In this document: positions 62,955-64,000 of the stretch, in pieces
How the letters are laid out: each line of letters starts with the position of its first letter
How positions within the stretch are numbered: the first letter of the stretch is position 1
Virus record (IMG/VR): IMGVR_UViG_3300025687_000024
Location: 46,690-110,689 of that record
Origin: a virus
DNA: 64,000 bases
Strand: one strand, 5' to 3'
Notes under the pieces: model-generated
Seen by the model: only the letters and a program-made list of their open reading frames with translations
Told to the model about the DNA's origin: nothing
Database searches by the model: none
Translations under genes and position numbers: made by a program

Positions 62955-63428
62955 CTACGTCTCCGAAGCGGCGGGTACGGGCCGCCAGATGAAGGGGAAG
63001 GGCAGGCGCTTGTCGAACTGGCGTGCCGTGAGGTCGACCATCCACCCGCGGTAGAAGAGGACGCAGTGGTCGTTGGCGGGCACGAGCTCCCCAGCGGCGT
63101 CCCGCGAGTACTCCCCGTTGTCGTCCATGTGGAAGTAGGGGTAGCGCGCGGGCAGCGGGCCTTCGATGTAGCGCCCGAGCTCGGCGGTCATGTTCTCGAT
63201 GTGCTTGATGCCGCGGCTACAGTCGTTGAGGCAGATCCAGGTGACGTGACCTTCGCCAAGCAGCGCGCGCAGCTCGCGAGCTACCCAGTCGCAGATGCCC
63301 TGACCTCCGGTGTCCTCGAGGATGCGGACGAACGAGCCTCGGGCATAGCCATCAGACTCGACGAAGAGGTCAGGCAGGACGGCGAGCACGTCGGCAGCAG
63401 GGCCCTCGGCGCAGGTGATGGGGTGCAT
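62955..63428 (-). CDS. Hypothetical protein (MHPITCAEGP...)
   Basis: GQGIC...HCVLFYRGWMVDLTARQF, a Cys-His-Asp arrangement reminiscent of transglutaminase/papain-like folds. Confidence 0.65.
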   Translation of the reverse strand: MHPITCAEGPAADVLAVLPDLFVESDGYARGSFVRILEDTGGQGICDWVARELRALLGEGHVTWICLNDCSRGIKHIENMTAELGRYIEGPLPARYPYFHMDDNGEYSRDAAGELVPANDHCVLFYRGWMVDLTARQFDKRLPFPFIWRPVPAASET

Positions 63429-63430
63429 GG

Positions 63431-63778
63431 CTACTTCCCGGAGTGGTAGGCGAGGTTGACGAAGCCGTTGTCCTTCGGCGTGACGACGACGGCAGGCGGC
63501 ACGACCTCTTCGTCGGGCCCGATGATGGCGATGTCGGGGATACGGTCGTCCTTGTTGGAGGCGCACAGCTCGAGCCTCGCGAGGCTCCGCGGATTGTAGA
63601 GGCCCGGGCCGATCTCTTCGTGCACTCCCTTGCGCAGGTCGATGCCGTTGTACTTGCCGCACTCGGCGCAGACGTAGTCCTCGGTGCGCGTGTGGGCGAC
63701 GAGGCAGCCCTCGATGCCGTCAGGGCAGGGGATGAGCGGCACGGTGTACTCGTGGCCGCAGGCGCAGGTGATGTGCAT
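63431..63778 (-). CDS. Zinc-ribbon hypothetical protein (MHITCACGHEY...)
   Basis: CACG, CPDGIEGC, CAECG. Confidence 0.65.
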   Translation of the reverse strand: MHITCACGHEYTVPLIPCPDGIEGCLVAHTRTEDYVCAECGKYNGIDLRKGVHEEIGPGLYNPRSLARLELCASNKDDRIPDIAIIGPDEEVVPPAVVVTPKDNGFVNLAYHSGK

Positions 63779-63780
63779 GA

Positions 63781-63996
63781 CTACTTCCCGCTCACGAGGT
63801 GGATGCTGGCGTCGATGGTGGGCGCGTCCTTCTGGCGCTGCGAGTCCTTCTTCATCAGCTTGGCCTCGATGAAGCGGTCGTAGGCACGCTGGTGGTCGGC
63901 AGGCAGCTTCCCGCTGCTCGTGCGCGTGTGCGCATCGAAGACGAGGCGCTCGGTGATGTCGGCTCCTTCGAAGAAGCGGTAGACGATGAACGGCAT
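63781..63996 (-). CDS. Small hypothetical protein
   Basis: Packed ORF at the window edge. Confidence 0.55.
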   Translation of the reverse strand: MPFIVYRFFEGADITERLVFDAHTRTSSGKLPADHQRAYDRFIEAKLMKKDSQRQKDAPTIDASIHLVSGK

Positions 63997-64000
63997 CAGG

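Noticed and set aside
54096-62955. Stop-codon reassignment suggested by in-frame TAGATG junctions
   Set aside because: Each downstream ATG has its own RBS, and conserved genes (capsid, tube, SSB) end normally at TAG with no internal TAG codons.

Overview
This is a 64-kb piece of a large, GC-rich tailed dsDNA phage genome with a contractile tail. No tRNA, rRNA, CRISPR array or integrase was seen, and the host cannot be assigned from sequence. There are three blocks. (1) 32-11139 is a minus-strand replication operon: family A DNA polymerase, Zn-rich gp32-like SSB, primase, DnaB-like helicase, degenerate family-4 UDG, SF2 helicase and an XRE regulator. (2) 11231-52219 is a mainly plus-strand virion module: portal, a 2036-aa single-chain beta-beta' RNA polymerase, Gp5-like spike, large terminase, prohead protease, major capsid, neck proteins, tail sheath and tube. 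(3) 52216-63996 is a minus-strand run of small, mostly unknown genes that includes a CCA/poly(A)-type nucleotidyltransferase. Two candidate systems stand out. First, a shared peptide tag FxxELxK(I/L/V)A leads nine otherwise unrelated basic proteins, most of them Gly/Ala-rich; these include a P-loop kinase on the opposite strand. Its K-x-A core also recurs throughout the head-region proteins and the protease itself, which suggests a capsid-loading and maturation signal for injected cargo. Second, a minus-strand motif TTC-N4-ATAAG lies upstream of replication and early-type genes and may be the promoter of the fused phage RNAP, while sigma70-like promoters precede two structural gene blocks and the replicative helicase. 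All functional calls come from motif reading by eye; no database search was run.
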